The notes beneath the pieces were generated by a model. It was not told where the DNA came from. It saw only the letters and a program-made list of their open reading frames with translations, and made no database searches. A stretch of DNA of 64,000 nt, from contig JAGTQC010000006.1 in NCBI GenBank assembly GCA_018396535.1, positions 29,047 to 93,046 of the forward strand, read 5' to 3'. The first letter of the stretch is position 1. Each line of letters begins with the position of its first letter. Made by a program: the position numbers and the translations under genes. The stretch is from Candidatus Bathyarchaeota archaeon. Lineage in GTDB: Archaea; Thermoproteota; CALKCG01; B24; DRYS01. Positions 9,635 through 18,558 of the stretch are shown piece after piece.

Positions 9635-11417
9635 TCGAAACCAGCCTCCTCGCATACTCAGATTCACGTCTATACTCTCTAAAACTTCTGGATAGATAGA
9701 ATGTTTTCATCTTACGAGAGAAGGATTCTAAGTGTAGATCAGCTATACCTTTAAGTAAGCCTATAGCTAGATTTGCTTCAGTTTTAACAGCTTTATCCGC
9801 TATATATAACAGCTTATTATGTCCAGCGGCTTCTAGGATCTGTGGTTCATCCATCATAGATAACATATATAGTATCAAGTTATCTATAGGGCTTAAGTTA
9901 TCTATACCCTCGTAGAATGGTTCTATATAGGTTCTTCCACCAGCTTCTTCGATCTCTATACGTCTAACTAAGCTTAGATCTTCTGGGTATATCGGTCTAT
10001 CATATAGGAATACTAGGGTTCTAATCCTAGGATCTGATGAGAATTCTCTAAGCTGGAAATATGATTTTACGAAAAGCTTTTCACGACCAACCCTTTTACG
10101 AGCTGCTCTCATAACGTTAAACCCTGATGGATGAAATAGTGTTGAAAAACATGCATCATAGGCTATGGTACGCCAAGGAGTCTTAATATCTCTATACCTC
10201 TCAGCACTTAGGATTGATAGAAGAGCTCTATCGCTTTTAAGGTTAGGTATAGGTGTTGATGGATCCAACTCCCTATTCAGCTTCATATAGGGTATAGTAG
10301 ATCTAGTTAGATCGGTTGCAGTCGTATCCTTAGCTATACCTACTAGAAGTTTACGATTCTTTACGCAGAGACCTATCAAAGCCTGTAATATTATGAATGT
10401 TACAGCTTCCCAATCTAGGAGTCTAATCCATCTACCTTCCATAGTTAGAGGATAATCCCCACCTTCTAGAAGTCTAGATGCTACACTTAACGCGGCTTCC
10501 ACCGATCTAAGCCAGTAGCTTCTAGAATTTTCCGATGGATAGAATAAACCGTTATCTTCTATGAATAATCCTCCTCTACACTTCTCGTTTAGTATACGAA
10601 GTTTTCTTAGAATCTGATCTTCGATCGATGATGGGATGTTCAGCTTCTCCTTTAATGAGAGCCATGATATCGGGCCTTCACTCATTATGAGTTTAAGTAT
10701 ATGGAATTGAAAGTAGGATCGTCTACGTGGTATATGGATATCTCCTGAACCGAACATGAAGGATAGTATTAGATCGGCTATAGTGAATCTACCGTACCTA
10801 GTTTCTAAACCTTCGAGTGAGGATCTACCTATACCTATTAGTTTTTTAACTCGAACTGAGAGATAGCTATAGGTTGAGTATATGGATTTATCGAGTAGTA
10901 TCATCCTTATATCTTGTCTATCAGGTAAAGCTGCTCTGTAAGCTGTATATATCTCGGCTAGGGTCATGAATGTGTTAGGTATCCTATCTATAAACCTATC
11001 TATATCGATCTCAGCATCCGTAAGCTCCTCTATAGTAGCTATACTCGAAATATCTTCAAACCATAAAGGTATAGCAGTCGAAAACGATAGAGATTCATCC
11101 CGTATTATGTTATCTATATGGAATTCGATATGAGAATCGTATAGATCGAAGCTACACGAGTATCCTGCAGCGCATACATAGAATAGGAGCATCTCTAATC
11201 GCTCCTCAGATCTCATAGATCCATCGATCCCTATAGCTCTAAACGTTCCTTCACCGAGGAATCTTCTAGCGAAACTCGCAGCTTCTGATGGATCTAGGTT
11301 TTTAGCAATCTTAACTAGATCATATGCTTCTCTAAGCTTCTCAACTCTAATTCTGTATATGTCTAGTAGGTATAATGTATGATCTTTAAGCTTTCTAGCC
11401 GTATCTGATGCGAACAT
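9618..11417 (-). CDS. nurA: NurA nuclease, long form with probable wHTH insertion
   Basis: IGIDGS, TLAE, LLD.S, LVGIAKD, G.N.LL..AD..VK; directly upstream of herA. Confidence 0.8.
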   Translation of the reverse strand: MFASDTARKLKDHTLYLLDIYRIRVEKLREAYDLVKIAKNLDPSEAASFARRFLGEGTFRAIGIDGSMRSEERLEMLLFYVCAAGYSCSFDLYDSHIEFHIDNIIRDESLSFSTAIPLWFEDISSIATIEELTDAEIDIDRFIDRIPNTFMTLAEIYTAYRAALPDRQDIRMILLDKSIYSTYSYLSVRVKKLIGIGRSSLEGLETRYGRFTIADLILSFMFGSGDIHIPRRRSYFQFHILKLIMSEGPISWLSLKEKLNIPSSIEDQILRKLRILNEKCRGGLFIEDNGLFYPSENSRSYWLRSVEAALSVASRLLEGGDYPLTMEGRWIRLLDWEAVTFIILQALIGLCVKNRKLLVGIAKDTTATDLTRSTIPYMKLNRELDPSTPIPNLKSDRALLSILSAERYRDIKTPWRTIAYDACFSTLFHPSGFNVMRAARKRVGREKLFVKSYFQLREFSSDPRIRTLVFLYDRPIYPEDLSLVRRIEIEEAGGRTYIEPFYEGIDNLSPIDNLILYMLSMMDEPQILEAAGHNKLLYIADKAVKTEANLAIGLLKGIADLHLESFSRKMKTFYLSRSFREYRRESEYARRLVSSGRAD

Positions 11418-11447
11418 AAACCTCGGTCTAAACTTAATCTAACCCAT

Positions 11448-12158
11448 CTATGATCCGGATAAATCTTTATCTACCCTACCCTCCTGTTGTATAGAAAGCC
11501 TTCTAGCAACCCCCTCCCAATCTACGACGGCTATCATAATCGTAAATCCTACTACTAGGATTACCGCTAGGGATAGCGATACCCATACAGGTAGTTCTGA
11601 AGTTATAGTACCGATGAATCTGCCGAATAAGCCTATGGTGTAGAGCATAGATACCTTACCAGCTATACTAAAGGGTAGAGCTTTAACTAGACTATAACCC
11701 GCAGCTCCTAGTAGTAGGAATAGGAATTTATCTGGTAGAGGCGTATAAGCGAATAGGAATATAGCTACAGGTACTATCCATCTATATCTACGCATATTCA
11801 CTATAGCTGAGAAAGCCTCCATCCTACCACTATACCTGGAATCCTTTAAAGCTCCACCTAGATAGTAGCCTATTAGCCAACCTATAGTTTCACCTAAACC
11901 AGATCCTATCCCACCCCATACAGCTACCTCCAATATGTTAAGCTGAGGCATAGCTGCTGCTAGGGAGAGAACGACAGCGGTATAGGGTACGAAAGGTGTT
12001 ATAGATCCTAGGAGACACAGGATCAGCATAGCTAACCCTACATGGTATGGGTTCACCTCTAATAGTATGTGATGTATCTGATCGTAGTATAGATATATCG
12101 GTATACTGAATAATATTAAACCTACTATAGTCGCTATAAGCTTCTCTAGATTCTTCAA
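11448..12158 (-). CDS. VTT/DedA (SNARE-associated) family membrane protein
   Basis: PFVPY, G.GS.LGE..G..IG, TPLPD, GK motifs. Confidence 0.7.
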   Translation of the reverse strand: MKNLEKLIATIVGLILFSIPIYLYYDQIHHILLEVNPYHVGLAMLILCLLGSITPFVPYTAVVLSLAAAMPQLNILEVAVWGGIGSGLGETIGWLIGYYLGGALKDSRYSGRMEAFSAIVNMRRYRWIVPVAIFLFAYTPLPDKFLFLLLGAAGYSLVKALPFSIAGKVSMLYTIGLFGRFIGTITSELPVWVSLSLAVILVVGFTIMIAVVDWEGVARRLSIQQEGRVDKDLSGS

Positions 12159-12225
12159 AGCCTAACTATAGTCTATCATCGATGAAGTTTATCTATTTTT
12201 CACCAGCTTTATAGTAATCTATAGG

Positions 12226-13290
12226 ATGACTCTGCTAGAGCTACCGGTTGTTAGGAAAGCTAAGCTTCAAGAAGCGTTAGGCGATGGTAGAGTTAAATGT
12301 ATGCTTTGCGAGAGAAAATGCATAATCCATGACGGTGGTAGAGGCTTCTGTAAAACCAGGATTAACATAGCTGGTGAACTCTATACGATAGTCTATGGGG
12401 ATATAAACGCTATATCAGAGAATCCTATCGAGAAAGGGGGTTAACCCCCCTCGATAAAACCCTTCTACCACTATTGGCCTGGTACTATAGCTTTAACATT
12501 CTCTACTTGGAGCTGTAACTTTCCATGTCCATGGTGCCAGAATTGGCATTTATCCAAACTAGAGCCTAACCCATATAGAGCGAACTATATATCGGTCGAT
12601 AGGATGGTGGATCTAGCTGTTAAATCTAGATGTAGAGGTTTATCTGTATCGTTTACAGAACCCACACTCCTCTTCGAATACTGTCTAGACCTATTCCCTC
12701 TAGCTAGATCTAGAGGATTATACTGCAATTTTGTTTCAAACGGTTATATGACTCTAGAAGCTTTACGTATGCTGGTAGAAGCTGGTATGGATGGGCTTAA
12801 GATAGATGTGAAGGGGTGTAGCAACTCTGTTCGTAGATACTGTTTAGCTGATATCGATGTATGTTGGAGGAATGCCTCTAAAGCTTTAGAGATGGGTGTA
12901 CATGTAGAGATAGTGAATCTAGTAATACCTGGCGTAAACGATTCAGAAGAGTGTATAGAGGAGGTTTGTAAAAAGCATATAGAGAGTGTAGGTGATGAAA
13001 CACCCCTACACTTCACAGCCTACTATCCAGCTTATAGATTCACCAATCCTCCTACACCAGTATCCAAGTTGGAGGAGGCTTATAGGATAGCTAAAGGTTA
13101 TGGGTTGAAATACGTGTATATAGGTAACGTACCTGGGCATCCATACGAGAATACATACTGCCCTGAATGTGGTGAACTACTTATAAAACGCTACGGTTTA
13201 ACATTGATATCTGTAAAACTTACGAAGGATAAGAAATGTCCTAGATGTGGTTGTAGCATACCTATAAGAGGAGATATACACACTATCTAG
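12226..13290 (+). CDS. amrS: AmmeMemoRadiSam system radical SAM enzyme (PFL-activating-enzyme-like), interrupted by a candidate 21-nt intron: join(12226..12434,12456..13290), 347 aa
   Basis: N-terminal CxLCxRxC...GFCxxR. CNFPCPWC at 12514-12537, between the two track ORFs and in the same frame. TEP, SNGY, IDVK, HFTAYYPAY, YVYIGNVPG, TYCPECG, CPRCG. Single in-frame TAA at 12442-12444. Confidence 0.88.
12435..12455 (+). other. Candidate archaeal pre-mRNA intron with bulge-helix-bulge-type motif
   Basis: CGAG/AAA/GGGGG-TTAA-CCCCC/CTCG/ATA. Cutting after nt 2 of each 3-nt bulge removes 21 nt and yields ...ATC GAG AAA AAA CCC TTC (IEKKPF). Confidence 0.75.
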
Positions 13291-13299
13291 GAGTGGTAG

Positions 13300-14157
13300 A
13301 TGTCTAAGCGATTCAGGGATAAGCTTATAGATAGGTTAGGTTTATCGAAAGCTAACGCTATATCATCTAGCTATGATGTTATAGGTGATATAGCTGTTAT
13401 AAGGGTTCTTAAACCTGGGGTTCTAAGCGATGAAGATTATTATACCATAGCTAATATAATATTCGATTCTAATCCTAGGGTTAAGACTATACTACGCCAG
13501 GATAGCCCTGTAGAGTCTCCTCTAAGGATTAGACGTCTAACATTCATAGCTGGTGAGAAGCGTACTCTAACTATACATAGGGAGTATAGATGTAGTTTTA
13601 AAGTAGATCTATCTAAAGTATTCTTCTCACCTAGGCTATCCTATGAAAGAGTTAGGCTAGCTAGCTTAGTGAGAGAGGGCGAGTATATAGTTAATATGTT
13701 CTCAGGGGTAGGCTGCTTCTCCATATCGATAGCTAGATTAGCGAAGCCTAGAGCGGTATATTCGATAGATATCAGTAAGGATGCGTATGTACTAATGAAG
13801 GAGAATGTATATATAAATAATGTAGAGTATACGGTTATACCTATCCTAGGTGATGCTCGTCAAACGATCGAATCGAGGTTGAGATACATAGCTGATCGTG
13901 TAATAGAACCTCTACCAGATTTAGCGTATGCATACCTAGATGTAGCTTTAAAAGCTTTAAAACCTGAAGGCGGATGGATACACTACTACAGTTTTATACA
14001 TGTGAAGAGTATGAGCCTAGACTACGAGGTTTGTAGAATTAAAAAGAGGATAGGAAGGTATGGGTGGATTGCTAAGTATGCTAAAGCTAGGATTGTTAGA
14101 AGCGTCGGTCCTAACTGGGTTCAATCAGTCGTAGATCTATACGTATCTAAGATCTAA
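13300..14157 (+). CDS. Trm5/Taw2 family SAM-dependent tRNA methyltransferase
   Basis: YDVIGDIAV, T.HRE..C.F.VD..KVFFSPRL..ER, MFSGVG.F, G.IHYY. Confidence 0.85.
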   Translation: MSKRFRDKLIDRLGLSKANAISSSYDVIGDIAVIRVLKPGVLSDEDYYTIANIIFDSNPRVKTILRQDSPVESPLRIRRLTFIAGEKRTLTIHREYRCSFKVDLSKVFFSPRLSYERVRLASLVREGEYIVNMFSGVGCFSISIARLAKPRAVYSIDISKDAYVLMKENVYINNVEYTVIPILGDARQTIESRLRYIADRVIEPLPDLAYAYLDVALKALKPEGGWIHYYSFIHVKSMSLDYEVCRIKKRIGRYGWIAKYAKARIVRSVGPNWVQSVVDLYVSKI

Positions 14158-14228
14158 CCATCCACGATGACCTAGATAGCTAATAGTTAAATACAGCTCC
14201 GAGTATAAGATTATAGTGGTGGGTAGGG

Positions 14229-14804
14229 TTGGGTGAGGAATGGTTCCCGTTTAGAAGGAGAAGGATATGGAGCTTCTTCGATGAGATGATGAGAGAGATG
14301 GAGGAATTCTTCGAAAGAGAATTCGAGGATATAGAGAAGATGGTAAGCGAAATGTCTGAGAGATATGTGAGAGAGCGTACCCTACCTGATGGTAGTAAGG
14401 TTAGAGAGTACGGCCCCTTCGTTTACGGATACTCTATAACCATAGGCCCAGATGGCAAGCCTATAATAAGAGAGTTTGGTAATGTTAAACCTCAACCGTA
14501 TGGTAGGCCGCGTATATCTATAAAGGAGGAGAGGGAGCCTTTAGTAGATGTTATGACAACAGATGATGAAGTAAAGGTTATAGCTGAGATACCTGGGGTA
14601 GAGAAGGAGGATATAAAGCTTGAGGGTACGGAGGATACGCTAATAATATCCGTAGATACACCTGAGAGGAAATACTATAAGGAGGTTAAGCTACCGGTAC
14701 CAGTAGACCCTGAGAGAGCTAAGAGTAACTATAAGAATGGTGTTTTAGAAGTAATACTTCCACGTAAAGGTAGACCTAGAGGATACCAGATAAAGGTAGA
14801 ATAG
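14229..14804 (+). CDS. hsp20: Archaeal small heat shock protein Hsp20
   Basis: GPFVYGYSITIGPDGKP..REFGN, EPLVDV, AEIPGV, YKNGVLEV. Confidence 0.93.
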   Translation: MGEEWFPFRRRRIWSFFDEMMREMEEFFEREFEDIEKMVSEMSERYVRERTLPDGSKVREYGPFVYGYSITIGPDGKPIIREFGNVKPQPYGRPRISIKEEREPLVDVMTTDDEVKVIAEIPGVEKEDIKLEGTEDTLIISVDTPERKYYKEVKLPVPVDPERAKSNYKNGVLEVILPRKGRPRGYQIKVE

Positions 14805-14829
14805 AGACCACCCCATCCTAACCTCTAAT

Positions 14830-15366
14830 CTAGAGTCTTATCCTAGATAAAGCTAGCTTCCTAAGTATACCGGTATCATATACCTCAGAAAAGTATTTCT
14901 CTATTATATCCATGTATATCTCCACTTCTTCATCACTCATATACTGGAACATGTATGGGCCTGTATACGGTGATGGAGCCCCATCCCTAGTTATAAATTC
15001 TATATGCATAAACGGATCTCCACGCGTAATGGTTATAGGACTACGATCGTTACTCAGATTAACCACCTCTAAAGCTAACCTACCTATGAAGCCTGAGTGT
15101 ACCTTAGCCGCGTTGAGGAATGATAAACCCATACGCCCATACCTACTCTTAGCTGTTAGATGTGCAACCATATCGGGTGGAGTAAATACGACTTCATAGG
15201 ATACTAGATTCTTATGCTCCAGGTATTGTAGAGTTACATCCTCCATAACCGTTAATACATATCCATCCCCATCGAATAGCGATGGTGAAGCTGGATATAT
15301 ACACTTATACTTCTCAACCAGCTTCTCCAATCTATCCCTACCTATTACACACATACCCCATCCCAC
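14830..15366 (-). CDS. dCTP deaminase/dUTPase-fold protein, divergent
   Basis: KSRYGRMG, VHSGFIG.L.LEV.N, ...PY.G.Y..Q. Confidence 0.7.
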   Translation of the reverse strand: MGWGMCVIGRDRLEKLVEKYKCIYPASPSLFDGDGYVLTVMEDVTLQYLEHKNLVSYEVVFTPPDMVAHLTAKSRYGRMGLSFLNAAKVHSGFIGRLALEVVNLSNDRSPITITRGDPFMHIEFITRDGAPSPYTGPYMFQYMSDEEVEIYMDIIEKYFSEVYDTGILRKLALSRIRL

Positions 15367-15489
15367 AATTATCTAGAAATATACCTAATGAATATTTCAT
15401 CATAAACCCTATGCATAAACCTATACCAGCCTATCGATTCGATAAGCATACATATGTGAAATTCCTACCCTAAACCCTCGTTAATAGGT

Positions 15490-15747
15490 CTAGGTAGATT
15501 GCTTCGCACCACTCATACTCTCCATAACTATGAGCGTGGTAGTCGATATAACTCCTTTAATACGTCTAATACTACCTAGTACCACATCCCTAAGCTTCCG
15601 CATATCATCAGTCTCTACTATAGCTACAGCATCGTATGTACCGTAGACTAGGAATACCTGAGATACCGATGGTATATCCTTAATCTTAGATATAACCTCC
15701 TCCTCTAAACCTGAAGCTATATTTATAAGAACTATACCCTGTATCAA
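15490..15747 (-). CDS. Stand-alone Lrp/AsnC ligand-binding (RAM) domain protein
   Basis: VYGTYD, IR.I.GV.ST.TLIV. Confidence 0.85.
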   Translation of the reverse strand: MIQGIVLINIASGLEEEVISKIKDIPSVSQVFLVYGTYDAVAIVETDDMRKLRDVVLGSIRRIKGVISTTTLIVMESMSGAKQST

Positions 15748-15808
15748 GGCTCTATACTATAGTATCGGATTATCCTAGATAAATATATTGGATAGGATAG
15801 GAGACCTA

Positions 15809-16771
15809 TCAGGATAGACCAAGCGATCTAGATAGAATCTCCAAATTCACCCTACCAGATGTATGAATCCTTCCAGTCCTTATATTGAATACAGTTATCG
15901 ATGCAGGTGCGAATAGATGAGGATCTATCTTATAGAAATCGTATCCAGCCTCCTTGAATATCTGATGGAACGGCCTACCATAATCCCTACTAGCCGAGCT
16001 AGGAGTCTCAGATACAAACCTACTCAATAACTCATCATCCTCGAAATCTACACCGTAGAATGTTACCCCCCCATAAAGGATTACGTCGTTACTCCTACCC
16101 ATAGCTCTACCGAAATCCGGATGGGGGAATCCTATAGGTGCATAACCGAATCCATAAACTATCCTATTTATATCAAAGCCTATCTCGTTAAGCTTATGTA
16201 TACCTGTCTCAACTATCCTCCCAGATATCTGAACCATAGCGGATAGGCTTGTAGTAGGTGTGAGGATTATGTATAAGCTACTAGGTTTAACACCACACTT
16301 ACCAGCTACATACTCTACGACAGACTCATCTGGTTTAGATGAAGTTTCAAAAACTATAACAGCTTCATCAGCTTCATCCCTATAACCTATCTTCTCGTAT
16401 AAAGCTTTAGGTTCTAGACTTAAAGCTCTAGCAGGACCAGAACCTAAAGCGAAGAATTTACCTACCTTAACCCTCCAACCCGCATACTGGCTAGCCATAG
16501 TAGCTATCACAGGATGATCTGTATAGACGTTTACAGCAGGTAGAATCCTCCCATCGAAGTATCCGAATACTATCGAAGCTCTACCAAGACCACCCATACA
16601 GATCTCGGTTATAATTCTACCAGCTTCAAACCCACCCCTAGCTTCTATACCAGCATCCACTATGGTAGATCCAGACGGCCCGCTTAGAACCTTAACCTGA
16701 TAGTACTCTTGATTATCTATAAGCTCCTTAACAAGGTTTAGAGCTATCCTATTAACAGATAGTCTACTCAT
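15809..16771 (-). CDS. mch: Methenyl-H4MPT cyclohydrolase
   Basis: SVN, EICMGGLG, SQYAGW, GSGPARAL, RIVETG.HK, AMGR.ND..LYGG, YG.PF, FYKID..LFAPA. Confidence 0.95.
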   Translation of the reverse strand: MSRLSVNRIALNLVKELIDNQEYYQVKVLSGPSGSTIVDAGIEARGGFEAGRIITEICMGGLGRASIVFGYFDGRILPAVNVYTDHPVIATMASQYAGWRVKVGKFFALGSGPARALSLEPKALYEKIGYRDEADEAVIVFETSSKPDESVVEYVAGKCGVKPSSLYIILTPTTSLSAMVQISGRIVETGIHKLNEIGFDINRIVYGFGYAPIGFPHPDFGRAMGRSNDVILYGGVTFYGVDFEDDELLSRFVSETPSSASRDYGRPFHQIFKEAGYDFYKIDPHLFAPASITVFNIRTGRIHTSGRVNLEILSRSLGLS

Positions 16772-16840
16772 ACCCGTTCAGAAAGGTTTAGATAATACGT
16801 TAAACCCTATATACTTTACCCTAGCTAGGATTGTAGAGAG

Positions 16841-17278
16841 GTGTATACGATGCCGGGTAAACATGAAGTTAAACCTGAAACCTGGAGGAAATGGATTAGA
16901 CTTATCCTAGAAAATATAAGGGAGCCTATATCTAGCGAGGAGCTATATTCTAGACTTAAGGAGAAGGGTGTCGCTCAGAAGAGAGTGGATAGTATCCTAG
17001 CAGTACTCGAAGAAGCTGGCTTAGTTAAGATCGAGGATGGAAAAATATACTTTAAGATCGAGAAAACTAGCGAAGCTAGCATAGTTAGCGAGGTTAAACA
17101 TGAAGAGTATCCTAAGAGTATAGAATTCATCGATTGCATACACCTATCTAAACTAGGTATAGAGAGTAGAAGCGGCTCTAAACTATACTTCTGCTCTAAA
17201 TACGAGATAACTATAGGCGAGGAAGCTGAGATATGCTTCGTATGTAAGTATAGAACCCCCCGTAGTGGAGGGGTATAG
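16841..17278 (+). CDS. Hypothetical protein: N-terminal wHTH-like region plus C-terminal Cys/His cluster
   Basis: L..LEEAGLV..E.G wing motif; CIH...C...CFVC. Confidence 0.55.
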   Translation: MYTMPGKHEVKPETWRKWIRLILENIREPISSEELYSRLKEKGVAQKRVDSILAVLEEAGLVKIEDGKIYFKIEKTSEASIVSEVKHEEYPKSIEFIDCIHLSKLGIESRSGSKLYFCSKYEITIGEEAEICFVCKYRTPRSGGV

Positions 17279-17280
17279 AT

Positions 17281-17724
17281 ATAGCGTTAACTATATGGAC
17301 TATAGGCTACTCAGAGTCTAGTATAGATAGGCTTATAGATACTCTAGAAAGGTATGGTATACAGCTAGTTATCGATATTCGACGATGGCCTACATCTAGG
17401 ATAGAGGGATATAGTAGGGATGATCTAGAATGTAGATTAAGATCAAAGGGTATAGGATACCTATGGATGGGATCTGAACTAGGAGGATATAGGAGAGGAG
17501 GGTATGAGGAGTATATGAAGACTATAGATTTCGAGATAGCTCTATCAAAGCTTATAGAGATAGCATCTTCAACTAGGGTATGCCTACTATGCCTCGAATC
17601 CAACCCTAAGGGATGTCATAGAAGGTTCATAGCTGAAGCTTTAGTCGAAAAAGGTGTTGAAGTCGTACACATAATACTTAAACGTAGAGTACTATATGAA
17701 GAGAAGCATAGGGTATACAGATGA
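17281..17724 (+). CDS. DUF488 family protein, probable non-canonical ATA start
   Basis: Frame extends upstream of the track start with IWTIGYS..VIDIRRWP.S..YLWMG.ELGG; CLE..P..CHR in the C-terminal half. Confidence 0.8.
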   Translation: MALTIWTIGYSESSIDRLIDTLERYGIQLVIDIRRWPTSRIEGYSRDDLECRLRSKGIGYLWMGSELGGYRRGGYEEYMKTIDFEIALSKLIEIASSTRVCLLCLESNPKGCHRRFIAEALVEKGVEVVHIILKRRVLYEEKHRVYR

Positions 17725-17726
17725 TT

Positions 17727-18545
17727 CTAGAGAAACTTCTCGAAAATCTCCAACTCAGGGTTCGAAGGCTTCGATATGAAGAGCCTCCCCCGCCCATCCT
17801 CAGATAGATCTCCCTGGAATACGTAGAATGGGCCATCCAGTCTCTCACGTACACCTCTAACCGATGGACGTACCTCCTCTATTTGGAAGGATGGGAGAAC
17901 CGATCCTACTCTCCCTAGTATTATCACCCTACCATCCCTCATCCTAGCTCCAGCCCTTCCCATACAATCCCCATAGACTACTATAGTCCCTCCAAGCATC
18001 CTTAACCCTGGGAATAGGCCTACACTACCCCTAACTTCTATACTACCATCACGCATATACGCTCCTATACACTCACCTACATCACCATCAACCACTATAG
18101 ATCCTCCACGCATACCTTTAGAAGAACCTTTAGGCGGAGCACCTATATAACTTCCAGCCGATCCCTTAACATATATAGATCCTCCACGCATAGCCATACC
18201 AAGCCAGTGATCTACATCACCCTCCACCACTATCCTACCACCACGCATATACTCCCCAACCCTAACCCCACCAGAACCCTTCACAGTTATACTACCCCTA
18301 CTCATCTTAGAACCTATACCCCTAGCTCTACTGAAATCCCCCATGAAAACTATATCTATCTCCTCCCCACCCTCATCAGCTACCTCTATCGAGAATACCT
18401 CATCCACCCTCCTACGTTTAGAACCCACCATCACCTGTAGAGATCTAACCTCGCTAATATCCATACCATCTATATTATCAGGAGTTATAGGTGATAAATC
18501 TACAGGTATCTTAAACGGTGTTATAGGTTTGAATAGGATCCTCAT
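17727..18545 (-). CDS. fwdC: Formylmethanofuran dehydrogenase subunit C
   Basis: GxxMxGGxIxVxG repeats; last gene of the fwd operon. Confidence 0.93.
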   Translation of the reverse strand: MRILFKPITPFKIPVDLSPITPDNIDGMDISEVRSLQVMVGSKRRRVDEVFSIEVADEGGEEIDIVFMGDFSRARGIGSKMSRGSITVKGSGGVRVGEYMRGGRIVVEGDVDHWLGMAMRGGSIYVKGSAGSYIGAPPKGSSKGMRGGSIVVDGDVGECIGAYMRDGSIEVRGSVGLFPGLRMLGGTIVVYGDCMGRAGARMRDGRVIILGRVGSVLPSFQIEEVRPSVRGVRERLDGPFYVFQGDLSEDGRGRLFISKPSNPELEIFEKFL

Positions 18546-18558
18546 AACCCAACACCCC

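Noticed and set aside
12442-12444. Stop-codon readthrough (Sec/Pyl) or frameshift as the explanation of split amrS
   Set aside because: The stop is TAA, both halves are in the same frame, and readthrough would leave a 7-residue insert in a conserved motif.
12436-12449. GGGGGTTAACCCCC as a terminator or transposon footprint
   Set aside because: No U-tract and no target-site duplication. The flanking CGAG/CTCG helix and 3-nt bulges fit a splice motif better.
17760-18330. Periodic repeats in fwdC DNA
   Set aside because: Explained by the GxxMxGG beta-helix protein repeats.
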